From assembly GCA_945859975.1 (NCBI GenBank), contig CAMAPH010000017.1, forward strand, positions 1-54,742: DNA of 54,742 nucleotides. The letters run 5' to 3'. The position numbers were made by a program, and so were the translations under genes. The DNA is from Chthonomonas calidirosea (GTDB taxonomy: Bacteria > Armatimonadota > Fimbriimonadia > Fimbriimonadales > Fimbriimonadaceae). The notes below the pieces were generated by a model, which was given only the letters and a program-made list of their open reading frames with translations, was not told the DNA's origin and ran no database searches. Below are positions 9,858 through 19,520 of the stretch, piece by piece; the stretch's first letter is position 1; every line of letters begins with the position of its first letter.

Positions 9858-10432
9858 ACAGAGGACTCACGCGTGAATTCGGCTCGGCGATTGCCATCGA
9901 ACGCCAACGAAAGGATGTCGAGCGATTCAACTTGAATCTCGACCGCCACAAAATTGGCATATCCCGCGACGGATTCTTCCTCGTTAGGTTCACGGTCAAT
10001 CAGCTCGGGTGGAATGTTGGATTGGTAGATGTCGGAACGTTCGCTCGGGCCGGCTGGCGAGAGGTACACCCGGCGTCCCAAAAGAGGAGTCTTGTCCCAG
10101 GCATCCTGGGCAATGTCGTCCTGATGGTGCGCGACCGCCGTGCCTCGAAATCGAATCTGGAACCCGTGCGGCTGCGAATAGAACAAACCCGACACGCGCG
10201 GTTCTGCTTGGATTTCACCGACCTTTGGCGAACGAACATCCGCGTTGAAGCCGAGGGTCCAGCGTTCCGCGTCTACCCGACGAAGAACAACGGTCCGAAG
10301 CTCTGGCTGACCATCCCGAATCGTTGCTAGAGAAAAGGTTCGAAACAGGTGCCCGCGATCTTTGAGTGCTTCGCCACACTCGTGCCAAGCATGGATCAGA
10401 AGGTCTTCGCGATTCTCGTACATGGTTTGCAT
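9842..10432 (-). CDS. Pyridoxamine 5'-phosphate oxidase-related FMN-binding protein
   Basis: LAT...PELRTVVLR, F.AD.RSPKV, LFY..QIRFRG, NF..V...D.L.L...RR.F. Confidence 0.8.
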   Translation of the reverse strand: MQTMYENREDLLIHAWHECGEALKDRGHLFRTFSLATIRDGQPELRTVVLRRVDAERWTLGFNADVRSPKVGEIQAEPRVSGLFYSQPHGFQIRFRGTAVAHHQDDIAQDAWDKTPLLGRRVYLSPAGPSERSDIYQSNIPPELIDREPNEEESVAGYANFVAVEIQVESLDILSLAFDGNRRAEFTRESSVWLLP

Positions 10433-10496
10433 TTTCCATCACCGAATCGGACTCATGCATGTGGCATTCAGAGCGAATTCCAACGTAGGATGAGGC

Positions 10497-12161
10497 ATGA
10501 CTCCGGAAGAGCGGTCCCGCTCCCTCCAAATTCTCGATAAAGTTGTGGAATCTGCGCCGAAAGATAACGCGCGATTGCAGAACTACCTTGCCGCCCTCCG
10601 CACGGAAATTGAATCCGAAGCCCGTGGACAAGAAGAGCGCGAGGCGCTACTGGCCGAATACGAAGCCGCGTACCAAAAGCTCACCGCACCGGCCAACCGC
10701 ATCGGCGTGTTTGTCGGCTGGCACGAAGACACCGAGCAGTACGCCCTCATTTCGCTCGGAGACACCGAGTACGTGAGCATGGTGGACGACAAAATCAAGC
10801 GCGAGGCTCTGCTCCCCGGCACTCGCGTCCGAGTGAACGACGCCTTTGCCATCGTCGGCATTTTGCCGCCCGGACAATCTGGCGGGCTCGTGAAGGTCGC
10901 CGCGATCCTGGACGACCTCAGGATTCGGATCGGCAACGATACGCCCGGCAGCGATGGACGACTCGTATTCCGAGCGGCGACGCTGACGGAGGCAAAAATC
11001 ACCGCCGGCGACGAAGTCCGGCTCGATAGCTCCGGCCGCTTCGCCGTTGAGCATTTTGAGAAGCAGGAATCTCGAGACTACTTCCTCGAAGAAGTGCCAG
11101 TTCTGCCTTGGGAAAAGGTCGGCGGTCAGAAGGAAGCCATCCAAGTCATCCGCGAAACCATCGAAGAGCCGCTTCTTCACCCAGAAATCTTTGCGGCCTA
11201 TGACCAGAAACCGATCAAGGGAATCTTGCTCTACGGCCCTCCTGGCTGCGGCAAAACCCTCATCGGAAAGGCAACCGCCTACAACCTGACCCGAGAGTAC
11301 GAAAAGCAGGTTGGGCATCCGGTCAAGGAGTACTTCATGACCATCTCTGGTCCTAAGATCCTCAACATGTGGCTTGGAGAAACCGAGCGCATGGTGCGCG
11401 AAATCTTCAAAACCGCCCGCGAGAAGGCGAAAGAGGGCCGCCTGGTCTTCATTTTCATGGATGAAGCTGAGGCCGTCCTTCGTACGCGCTCAAGCGGACG
11501 GTATCTGAACATCAGCAACACCGTGGTTCCGCAGTTCTGCGCCGAGCTTGACGGAATGCAGTCACTCGACAACGTGGTGTTGATGCTTACGAGCAACCGA
11601 CCTGACTACATCGACCCGGCCGTACTCCGACCGGGCCGAATCGACCGCAAGGTGAAGGTCACTCGCCCCGATCGAGCGGCAGTCGAAAGCATCCTCGGAA
11701 TCTATCTCACGCCGAACCTGCCTTACGACGCCGAGCTTCTCGCCAAGTGGAACGGTGAAGTCGACTGCGCGCGAAAAGAACTCATCGAGAACAGCATCGA
11801 ACAGCTTTGGCGAAGCGATGCGGAAAACGAGTTCCTGAAAGTCTTCCTTCGAACGGGCTCATCGCAGACGCTGTACTTCCGAGACATGATCTCCGGTGCG
11901 CTGATCAAGAGCATCGTGGACCGAGCCAAGGAGTCCGCCATTCGGCGGGCGATTCAATCGCCAAAGGATCCTCACGGCATCTCTCAGGAAGATTTGTTTG
12001 GCGGGATCAAGACCGAGTTCAAGGAAAACGAGATCTTCCCGAAGAGCGATGCGGTGGACGATTGGCTCCAGTTGCTCGACCTGAATCCAGAAAATGTCGT
12101 GAGCGTGAAGCCGGTTGGTCGAAATCGCGGCGAAGAAATCAGCCGAAAGGCGATCGTTTAG
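10497..12161 (+). CDS. arc: Proteasome-associated AAA+ ATPase (ARC/Mpa family)
   Basis: N-terminal coiled coil, tandem OB-like region, LEEVP..WEKVGG, GILLYGPPGCGKT, ISGPKILN.W.GETER, FMDEAE, SNRPD.IDPAVLRPGRIDRK, ISGALI..IVDRAK, EFKENE. Confidence 0.88.
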   Translation: MTPEERSRSLQILDKVVESAPKDNARLQNYLAALRTEIESEARGQEEREALLAEYEAAYQKLTAPANRIGVFVGWHEDTEQYALISLGDTEYVSMVDDKIKREALLPGTRVRVNDAFAIVGILPPGQSGGLVKVAAILDDLRIRIGNDTPGSDGRLVFRAATLTEAKITAGDEVRLDSSGRFAVEHFEKQESRDYFLEEVPVLPWEKVGGQKEAIQVIRETIEEPLLHPEIFAAYDQKPIKGILLYGPPGCGKTLIGKATAYNLTREYEKQVGHPVKEYFMTISGPKILNMWLGETERMVREIFKTAREKAKEGRLVFIFMDEAEAVLRTRSSGRYLNISNTVVPQFCAELDGMQSLDNVVLMLTSNRPDYIDPAVLRPGRIDRKVKVTRPDRAAVESILGIYLTPNLPYDAELLAKWNGEVDCARKELIENSIEQLWRSDAENEFLKVFLRTGSSQTLYFRDMISGALIKSIVDRAKESAIRRAIQSPKDPHGISQEDLFGGIKTEFKENEIFPKSDAVDDWLQLLDLNPENVVSVKPVGRNRGEEISRKAIV

Positions 12162-12218
12162 GCCCACCCTAGGGCGGAACGTTGGGACCCGGTAAGGAAA
12201 ATCATCGTCTAAAAGGAC

Positions 12219-12716
12219 ATGACCACTTACTGGATCCCGATCTGGATGGCAATGACAATCGCCGTCGGCGTTCCGATTGAGGACAAGAAGATCACTCCGC
12301 TACCCGCGCTTGACGTGATGCGCGGACAGAATTCCTTTGCCACCGGGCCGGACATCATGGTCATCCGCGACCGGCAAGGCTGGGCTTCCCTCTGGACGAG
12401 CCACATGGGCGGAGGACTGCCGAACACTGCGATCCCCCCGCTACCCGCATTCGATTTCGAGAAGGTAATGCTCGTCGCCATCACTGGCGGCGAGGTCTAT
12501 CCGACGGGCGATTATATTTATGAAAGCGGCCGGGCGAAAGGCAAGAACGCGCTTATCCGAATCCGATTTGTAACCGGGACCGCCTCGGTCCTCGCTCGCC
12601 CCTATGCCTTCTTTGCCGTACCCCGCGTGGAAGGTGAAGTCGTGATCGAAACGCCCACTGGCCCTAAGGGCGCTTGGGTTGAGAAAAGGCGATTCCCTAA
12701 GGTAGGCAAAAACTAA
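12219..12716 (+). CDS. Secreted protein with probable PrcB_C-like domain
   Basis: Hydrophobic N-terminus; LW..H...P.P.FDFEKVMLVAI..G...T.Y and PY....VP pattern. Confidence 0.55.
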   Translation: MTTYWIPIWMAMTIAVGVPIEDKKITPLPALDVMRGQNSFATGPDIMVIRDRQGWASLWTSHMGGGLPNTAIPPLPAFDFEKVMLVAITGGEVYPTGDYIYESGRAKGKNALIRIRFVTGTASVLARPYAFFAVPRVEGEVVIETPTGPKGAWVEKRRFPKVGKN

Positions 12717-14002
12717 CTGGACCGAATGACCGCACGAGGCGCGACCGGTTCCGCGCTGAACGACATGGCAGCCAACGCGCCAGCCGCAGCATTCTCAGCC
12801 GCGTCGGGAGTGGCGGCATGAACGCGTAGGATCGGCTGACCCTTCGCCACCTGATCTCCGACCGAAGCCAGCAGTTCAATGCCGACTCGGTGATCGATCT
12901 GATCGGACTTCGTCTTCCGTCCGCCGCCAAGATCGAGCACGAGTTGAGAAATCTGAACGGGGTGAATGTCTGCCACCCATCCCGCTTCCGCGGCGTTGAC
13001 TGTGACGATGTCCGGTGCAACTGGCAGTAGCAAATGCCTCTCTGCCCCTTGGGCGATCAGCCAACGCTCGGCCTTTTCCCAGGCGGCACCACTCGTGAGG
13101 CAGGCCTCGGCTCGTTTCTGCGCGGTTTCGGGGTCTTCCCCCACAACGGTCAGCACATGCGCGGTAAGGGTGACGCACAGCTCTCTAAAGCGCTTTACGG
13201 GGCCAATCAAGTCCTTTCCGGTCAGCACATCCCAGGCTTCTCGCACTTCGACGGCGTTTCCGACCGCCGAGCCGAGCGGAACATCCATGTCGCTGATGAG
13301 CGCGGTTGTGCGGAGACCCGCCCCTTCACCGATGCGAACCAACAGCTTGGCCAACTCTCGGGCACCGTCTTCGGTGGTCATAAAGGCACCTCGTCCGGCC
13401 TTCACATCCAGCACCACGTACTTCGCACCGCCGGCGACCTTCTTGCTGAGAATGCTGCTTGCCATAAGCGGCATGCTCGCCGTGGTTCCCGTTACGTCCC
13501 GCAATGCATAAAGGTGCTTGTCGGCGGGAGCAAGGTTCGCCGTCTGTCCACCGAGCCCGATTCCGACCGCCATGGCTTGCGCCTTCAACTCCGCCGGGCT
13601 AAGGTCGGTCCGGAAGCCTGGAACACTTTCGAGCTTGTCAATGGTGCCACCGGTGATTCCGAGCCCACGACCGCTCATTTTAACGATGGTCAATCCGCAA
13701 GCCGCCAGCATCGGCACAACGACCAAAGTCGTCTTGTCACCGACGCCGCCGGTGCTGTGCTTGTCGACCCATGGCTCGGGCAAACCGGTCAAGTCCAGCC
13801 GCTCTCCGCTGTCCGCCATTCCTTCGGTCAGCCAGGCTGCCTCTTCATCCGAGAGTGGATTCAAAAACGCCGCCATTAGCCACGCCGAAACTTGATAATC
13901 CGGAATCGCACCATGGCCAACCAGCCGACAGAACTCGGCCAATTCCGCTTTCGTGTGAGCGCGACCATCGCGCTTGGTTTCAATAAATCGAACGACGTTC
14001 AT
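12713..14002 (-). CDS. pdp: Pyrimidine-nucleoside (thymidine) phosphorylase
   Basis: DKHSTGGVGDKT, KMSGRGLG.TGGTIDKLES, PADK.LYALRDVTGT, SILSKK. Confidence 0.95.
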   Translation of the reverse strand: MNVVRFIETKRDGRAHTKAELAEFCRLVGHGAIPDYQVSAWLMAAFLNPLSDEEAAWLTEGMADSGERLDLTGLPEPWVDKHSTGGVGDKTTLVVVPMLAACGLTIVKMSGRGLGITGGTIDKLESVPGFRTDLSPAELKAQAMAVGIGLGGQTANLAPADKHLYALRDVTGTTASMPLMASSILSKKVAGGAKYVVLDVKAGRGAFMTTEDGARELAKLLVRIGEGAGLRTTALISDMDVPLGSAVGNAVEVREAWDVLTGKDLIGPVKRFRELCVTLTAHVLTVVGEDPETAQKRAEACLTSGAAWEKAERWLIAQGAERHLLLPVAPDIVTVNAAEAGWVADIHPVQISQLVLDLGGGRKTKSDQIDHRVGIELLASVGDQVAKGQPILRVHAATPDAAENAAAGALAAMSFSAEPVAPRAVIRSS

Positions 14003-14601
14003 CGGTAATTTTCAACCTGCCGGACAAAGTTCTGGACAATCCTGAGCCCGTCCTGAGTCAGCACGGATTCTGGGTGGTACTGCACCCCTTCAATAGGCTT
14101 CGATTGATGCCGAACCCCCATAATTTCGTGGTCATCGACGCTCCGCGATGTCACTTCAAACCCCGCTGGTACTTCGTGTTTTTCAACGACCAGGGAGTGG
14201 TAGCGAATCGCCGAAAATGGATTGGGCATTCCATCAAGCAGCCCTTTTCCGTCGTGCTCAACCAGCGAGGACTTGCCATGTTTGGTTACTTCCGCACGGA
14301 GAACGGTGCTCCCAGCGACATAACCGATAGTCTGGTGCCCCAGACACACCCCAAAGATTGGGACATCGAACGCTGTCCCCTGCTCGGCGATCAAGGCGTG
14401 CCGAATCACATCAACACAAACGCCGCTCTCATTTGGCGTGCACGGACCGGGCGAAAGAAGGATGCCTTGCGGTCGAAGTTCGGAAATTTGCTCGACCGAG
14501 ATCTCGTCATTCCGGTGAACCACGACGTCACCACCACTCTGGCCGATGTACTGGACCAGATTGTAGGTGAACGAGTCGTAATTATCGATCACGAGAATCA
14601 T
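13999..14601 (-). CDS. trpG: Anthranilate/aminodeoxychorismate synthase component II (glutamine amidotransferase)
   Basis: IDNYDSFTYNL, SPGPCTP, GVCLGHQ, RYHSL, GVQYHPES. Confidence 0.93.
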   Translation of the reverse strand: MILVIDNYDSFTYNLVQYIGQSGGDVVVHRNDEISVEQISELRPQGILLSPGPCTPNESGVCVDVIRHALIAEQGTAFDVPIFGVCLGHQTIGYVAGSTVLRAEVTKHGKSSLVEHDGKGLLDGMPNPFSAIRYHSLVVEKHEVPAGFEVTSRSVDDHEIMGVRHQSKPIEGVQYHPESVLTQDGLRIVQNFVRQVENYR

Positions 14602-14673
14602 TGGCTAGGGATACCTGAATCCAGCGAACGCGCCGAAGCCGAGGCAACCATAACCCGGCTCGCATAATAAAGC

Positions 14674-15747
14674 ATGCCCTTTGAAGTCAACGCGGTTCTA
14701 GCGATGATCGGATGGAGCTTGCTGCCGGTTGCACTCGGGTTCCTGGCCGGTCGAGTTGTTTTGCCACTGCTGGCAAAAGGGCTGGCTCGAAGATACGACC
14801 GCCGTAAGGAGGACACCCTCCCGTGGACGCTTCGCAAGTATGCCTTTGTGATGGGAGCGGTGCTGTCGGCTTACGTGCTGACCCTTCAGCTTCGTGCGCT
14901 GGACGAACCCTTTGCCAGGCAACTGGACTGGGCTACCGTCGACATTTGGATCAAGTCATTCGCGACCATCGTTGGGTTCATGGCGGTTCATCGTGCCGTG
15001 CACCGCGCGATCGAACTTGCGCCGCCGTCCCTTGACGCCAGCGCCCGCAGCCTACTGACGAAGATTTCAGCGGCCCTGATCTTTGGCATCGCCGGGGTCA
15101 CCGTGCTCAGCCTGTTCAAAGTTGACGTCGGTCCGCTGCTTGCAAGCCTCGGCGTCATCGGAATTGCCGTTGCGCTTGCGCTCCAGGACACCTTGGGCAA
15201 CTACTTCGCCGGGATCACGCTCACCATCGACAAGCCGCTCCGACCGGGCGACTACGTGCGCATGGATGGGGGAGTCGAGGGTTTCGTGGAATCGGTCGGC
15301 TGGCGCAGTACGCGAATCAAGCCATTTTCGGAAAGCGTGATCATCATTCCGAACAGCAAGCTCGCGACGTCGATTCTCACCAACAATTACTATCCCGACA
15401 ACGGTGCGCGGGTTTATGTGGATTGCGGAGTGTCGTACTCCAGCGACCTTGCCCATGTGGAGGCGGTCTGTACCGCCGTCGCAAAGGAAGTTTCAAGCAA
15501 AATCGAGGGTGGCGACCCGGAGTTTGAGCCGCTGGTGCGTTACAAAACCTTCGGCGATTCCAACATTCTTTTCACCATCATCCTTCGCGCTAACGACTTC
15601 GACGCCAGCTTTTTGCTCAAACACGAGTACATCAAGGCGCTCCACCAGCGATTTCGGGAGGAAGGGATCGAGATCAGCTATCCGGTTCGGGAGATTCGGA
15701 TGCCTGCGTCCGCACCGAGACAATCGTCGGATGCGGCGAACCCGTAA
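14674..15747 (+). CDS. mscS: Small-conductance mechanosensitive channel family protein
   Basis: SLGVIGIAVALALQDTLGNYFAG, KPLRPGD, GWRSTRI, IPNSKL, GIEISYP. Confidence 0.92.
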   Translation: MPFEVNAVLAMIGWSLLPVALGFLAGRVVLPLLAKGLARRYDRRKEDTLPWTLRKYAFVMGAVLSAYVLTLQLRALDEPFARQLDWATVDIWIKSFATIVGFMAVHRAVHRAIELAPPSLDASARSLLTKISAALIFGIAGVTVLSLFKVDVGPLLASLGVIGIAVALALQDTLGNYFAGITLTIDKPLRPGDYVRMDGGVEGFVESVGWRSTRIKPFSESVIIIPNSKLATSILTNNYYPDNGARVYVDCGVSYSSDLAHVEAVCTAVAKEVSSKIEGGDPEFEPLVRYKTFGDSNILFTIILRANDFDASFLLKHEYIKALHQRFREEGIEISYPVREIRMPASAPRQSSDAANP

Positions 15748-16210
15748 CCCAAACTGCCTGCCCCATCACCAACCGCAATTCTCGATCGCAACGAGTCGAC
15801 TTAACCATCCGGCCATCTAGGTTGAGCAAGGCTCGATGATCTTTGCCTGGAGCGCGCAAAACCACTGCTGCCCGCCAGTCCGATTTCGGTTCAAATGGGA
15901 TCTTTGGTGCAGTCTCCACAACCACAACGGGCTCTGGTCCGGTTCGCTGGCTTGGCGGTCGCTTCTCCTTAGGGTTCTGCAAAGCTGACCAATCGAGCTC
16001 GGCGAGTTTCGGCCTGGCTGGTTCAGATGAATTCGATGGAGCTGGCCTGGCGGGAATGGCTCGGCTTGTAAGATGAAAGTGATGACAAACTGGGCAGCGG
16101 TAAGACCCGTATCGTCTTTCGGAGGCAGTCTCCGCTTCCTCGGCTGAATCGTACTTTGCCTTAGAAGTGCAGGCTCTTTCTGCCGATTTGATAAAGCGCC
16201 CTTTGCCCAT
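15674..16210 (-). CDS. Hypothetical protein with N-terminal Cys/His putative zinc-binding motif
   Basis: CTSKAKY..AEEA...YRCPVCHHFHLTS; fills an otherwise empty gap; 3' end overlaps mscS by 74 nt. Confidence 0.55.
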   Translation of the reverse strand: MGKGRFIKSAERACTSKAKYDSAEEAETASERRYGSYRCPVCHHFHLTSRAIPARPAPSNSSEPARPKLAELDWSALQNPKEKRPPSQRTGPEPVVVVETAPKIPFEPKSDWRAAVVLRAPGKDHRALLNLDGRMVKSTRCDRELRLVMGQAVWVTGSPHPTIVSVRTQASESPEPDS

Positions 16211-16443
16211 TTCCTCCGTTACGTCGTCAACCTAATGATGACGTGATCTGGCCCGGAGTCATCCTGCAATCCTTACGATTGGGTCCATCTCAATTTCATC
16301 CTTAGTTGCTTTTACTTACCAGTCGATCTGCAGAATTTGCCGGATTGAGTAGGTTTTGACCATTTTGCTGAGCAATTCTTAAAGAAATTTTGCGTTTTCT
16401 TAACAATTCCTAGATAGACTAAGGCTTCCTTTGGGGGATAAAA

Positions 16444-18321
16444 ATGTCTGCAGGACTTATTGCGCGACAACTCAGGGCTAGGGCCAGGCTCGTATTTTTG
16501 ATTGATTGGACGCTGATCATTCTGGCGTTCGTATTCAGCTTCTCGGTCCGTTTCGTTTCGGAGGACAAAATTGCTGGAGATCTTCTCCGCGATCGTATCT
16601 TAGTCATCGGCGTGTTGAGCGCCGTGATTCTAGGGTGGAAGCGTCTTTGGGTGATTCAGCCCAAGTACATGGGCGTCTTCGACATCCGATCAATCGGCTC
16701 TGTGGCTCTGGCCCTTGGCTTCTTCGCTCGCTTGAACGAACAACGGCTCCGGAACCTTGAGTGGTTCGAAGGCTGGTCCATGCCATTGCTGTTCATGTTC
16801 ATGACGCTCACCTTCCTCGGCGGATGGCGATTGCTGCGCCGAATTGAGCAGAACCGAGTCAGCGCCAAAGATATGCAGGGCGTGCCCGCTCGACGAATCT
16901 TGATCGTCGGCGCAAACGATGCCGGCGAATCCGTTTTCCGTGAGCTCGTACGCCAAGTACGCGCCGTTAGCGTTGTTGGATACGTCGACGAGGACCCAAC
17001 GCTAACCGGCTCCACCGTTCACGGCCTAAAGGTCTACGGCACGGTTGAAGAGATTCCCGCGATCGTTGCTGAAGCCGAAGTCACCGAAATTTTGATCGCT
17101 TTGCCCGACCTCGGTCCGGCCGAGCTTCGCCGCATCTTCGACATCTGCTCGAAGACCCGAGCCCGCGTGAAGCTCGTTCCTTCGTTCTCGTCTTTGGTCT
17201 CCGGCAAGCCGGACCTCAGCACGATTCGAAACATCGACCCGAACGACCTCCTTCGCCGCGATCAGATCGGCGTGATCCAAGAGGACGGCCTCAGCTTCCT
17301 CGCCGGAGAGCGCGTGATGATCACTGGCGGCGGCGGCAGCATCGGCTCCGAAGTTGCCCGACAAGTTGCCAGCTTCAGCCCGGCCAGCCTGATCCTCCTC
17401 GGAAAAGGCGAAGGCTCAATCTTCGAGATCGAGCAGGAGCTTAAGCACCGAACCCCGGTTCGACCAGCCGCAGTCATCGCCGACGTTCGCGATCCAATCT
17501 CCATCGGCAACGCCATCAAGAAGTACAACCCAGGCGTCATCTTCCACGCTGCCGCGCACAAGCACGTGCCGCTGATGGAGGACTCGCCGATCGAAGCGAT
17601 TCGCAACAACGTCTTCGGAACGCTCAACGTTCTTAACAAAGCGGTTGAAGCCCACGTTAAGAAGTTCATCCTCGTATCGACGGACAAGGCCGTGAAGCCC
17701 GCAAACGTCATGGGCGCAACCAAGCGTGTTGCCGAAATGATTGTCTGCGCTCGCAGCCGAGTCTCCGATGTTGAATTCGCGGTTGTCCGATTCGGAAACG
17801 TTCTCGGAAGCCGAGGAAGCTTGGTCCCGCTGATCTGTAAGCAGATCGCTGGCGGCGGCCCGGTCACCATCACCCACGCCGAAATGACCCGGTACTTCAT
17901 GACCATCCCCGAAGCCGCGCAGTTGATTCTGCAAGCCGGATCGATGGGCCGAAACGGAGAGATCTTCGTTCTCGACATGGGCGAACCGGTCAAGATTGCG
18001 GACCTGATCAAGGACATCATTCGAATGCACGGACTAGTCCCCGAGCAGGACATCGAGATCAAGACGGTCGGAATGCGACCGGGCGAAAAGATGCACGAAG
18101 AGCTCTACTTCGCCAACGAAAAGGTCACCGCCAGTCGCCACCCGAAAATCTGGGTTGCCGACCAAGGCGTCGAGATTCCATGGACCTGGTTGGAAGATCA
18201 GCTCGGCAAGCTCGACGAAATCTGCATCGCCGGAAATCCGGAACAAGCCCGAGCATTCTTGCTTGAACTCGCCTGGGCGAAAAATCTGCCACCAGCGCCA
18301 ATGCGCACCATGAATGCCTGA
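16444..18321 (+). CDS. Membrane-bound nucleoside-diphosphate sugar dehydratase (CapD/PglF/WbpM family)
   Basis: 4 TM, CoA-binding-like ILIVGA..AG, ITGGGGSIGSE, HAAAHKHVP, STDKAV.P.NVMGATKR, RFGNVLGSRGS, RPGEKMHEEL. Confidence 0.93.
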   Translation: MSAGLIARQLRARARLVFLIDWTLIILAFVFSFSVRFVSEDKIAGDLLRDRILVIGVLSAVILGWKRLWVIQPKYMGVFDIRSIGSVALALGFFARLNEQRLRNLEWFEGWSMPLLFMFMTLTFLGGWRLLRRIEQNRVSAKDMQGVPARRILIVGANDAGESVFRELVRQVRAVSVVGYVDEDPTLTGSTVHGLKVYGTVEEIPAIVAEAEVTEILIALPDLGPAELRRIFDICSKTRARVKLVPSFSSLVSGKPDLSTIRNIDPNDLLRRDQIGVIQEDGLSFLAGERVMITGGGGSIGSEVARQVASFSPASLILLGKGEGSIFEIEQELKHRTPVRPAAVIADVRDPISIGNAIKKYNPGVIFHAAAHKHVPLMEDSPIEAIRNNVFGTLNVLNKAVEAHVKKFILVSTDKAVKPANVMGATKRVAEMIVCARSRVSDVEFAVVRFGNVLGSRGSLVPLICKQIAGGGPVTITHAEMTRYFMTIPEAAQLILQAGSMGRNGEIFVLDMGEPVKIADLIKDIIRMHGLVPEQDIEIKTVGMRPGEKMHEELYFANEKVTASRHPKIWVADQGVEIPWTWLEDQLGKLDEICIAGNPEQARAFLLELAWAKNLPPAPMRTMNA

Positions 18322-18325
18322 TCCG

Positions 18326-18357
18326 TCTGGCCGAACGCGACACCGCGTTCGGCCAGA
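18326..18357 (+). terminator. Stem-loop after capD-like gene (probable terminator)
   Basis: TCTGGCCGAACGCG-acac-CGCGTTCGGCCAGA perfect 14-bp stem directly after the stop; weak U-tract. Confidence 0.6.
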
Positions 18358-18382
18358 AATATTTAGCTTCGATTCTTCTGGA

Positions 18383-18411
18383 TTGACCTCAACGCCATAA
18401 GCTTATAAACT
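18383..18411 (+). promoter_or_regulatory. Sigma70-type promoter for a leaderless transcript
   Basis: TTGACC (18383-88), 17-nt spacer, TAAACT (18406-11), ATG 6 nt downstream. Confidence 0.65.
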
Positions 18412-18417
18412 GAGCGA

Positions 18418-19449
18418 ATGCGTAGATTGCACTTGGCATTCGTTGGCGGTTTAGGCCTCGCTCTCGTTGGTTGCATGGGGAACTCCGATGCGGTGGTCGC
18501 CCTCCAAACGTTATTGGTCGCCGGTTCCGGCACGTCTGGCGCGGTTGATGGTCCAATCGCTACCGCAACCTTCAACAACCCCGTAAACGTCGCCGTAGAC
18601 ACCGATGGCTCGGTGTACGTGAGTGATTACGACAACGACCGCGTACGCAAAATTCGGAACGGACAAGTCACGACGCTCGTTTCCGCCGCGAACTTCTCGC
18701 GCCCATTCGGAATCACGATCGCGCCCGACGGAACGCTTTACGTTCAAACCGACGCCAACGACACCGGTGAACGGAACGCTAACACCGGCACAATTTGGCG
18801 CGTCAATAAGGCCACTGGTGCCGCTACCGTCGTCGTGCGGAATATCGGTCGCCCCCGCGGAATCACCGCCCTCACCGATGGCCGACTCGCACTCGCCAAC
18901 TTGACGATTCAAACCATCGCCATTCTCAACCCATCCACCGGAGCCATCACCCAGATTGCCGGGCTGCCTGGAACCGCAGGCTTTAGCGATGGAAACGGCA
19001 CCGGAGCGCTGTTCAACCGACCGTACGGCCTGACGCAAATGTCAAACGGAGATCTGCTGGTTGCAGATCAGTCGAACAACCGAATCAGACGAGTGACCCT
19101 GTCGGGCGTAGTAACGACCTTCGCTGGCACGGGCGCCGTGGGCTCAGCAAATGGAAACCGAACCGCTGCCACCTTCAATAACTTGCAGGATGTGAAGCGG
19201 GATCCGCTAACCGACTTGATTTACGTTTCCGACTCCATGAACCACACCATCCGGCGAATCAATGGTTCGACGGTTGAAACGATTGCGGGCGACGGAACCG
19301 CTGGCTATGCCGAAGGGGTTGGAACCGCAGCTCGCTTCTTCTACATCGAAGGCATCGGCCTCGACTCAAATAACGGCTTCTTGTACCTTGCCGACGGAAA
19401 TGGCGGAGAAGGTGATCCATTTAACCGAGTTCGGCGTATGAAACTGTAA
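18418..19449 (+). CDS. NHL-repeat lipoprotein
   Basis: Lipobox LALVGC; repeated G..DG....ATFNNP..VAVD.DG.VYVSD..N.RVRKI. Confidence 0.88.
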   Translation: MRRLHLAFVGGLGLALVGCMGNSDAVVALQTLLVAGSGTSGAVDGPIATATFNNPVNVAVDTDGSVYVSDYDNDRVRKIRNGQVTTLVSAANFSRPFGITIAPDGTLYVQTDANDTGERNANTGTIWRVNKATGAATVVVRNIGRPRGITALTDGRLALANLTIQTIAILNPSTGAITQIAGLPGTAGFSDGNGTGALFNRPYGLTQMSNGDLLVADQSNNRIRRVTLSGVVTTFAGTGAVGSANGNRTAATFNNLQDVKRDPLTDLIYVSDSMNHTIRRINGSTVETIAGDGTAGYAEGVGTAARFFYIEGIGLDSNNGFLYLADGNGGEGDPFNRVRRMKL

Positions 19450-19520
19450 TTCGAATTGATCAATGGCAGACTAAACCATTAGTCCCTAGTAGTCAAACGG
19501 ATTACTGGGTACTTTGATAT

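Noticed and set aside
12219..12716. Gene after arc as proteasome beta subunit (prcB)
   Set aside because: No Ntn-fold/Thr1 features; it has a signal-like N-terminus and resembles the unrelated PrcB_C domain, so the name match is coincidental
13034..13879. 281-aa plus-strand ORF (and similar shadows such as 17262-18062, 34552-35361, 37535-38251)
   Set aside because: Opposite clear conserved genes; no recognisable domains
16211..16443. AT-rich intergenic region as ncRNA/riboswitch
   Set aside because: No recognisable conserved RNA motif; consistent with a divergent promoter region
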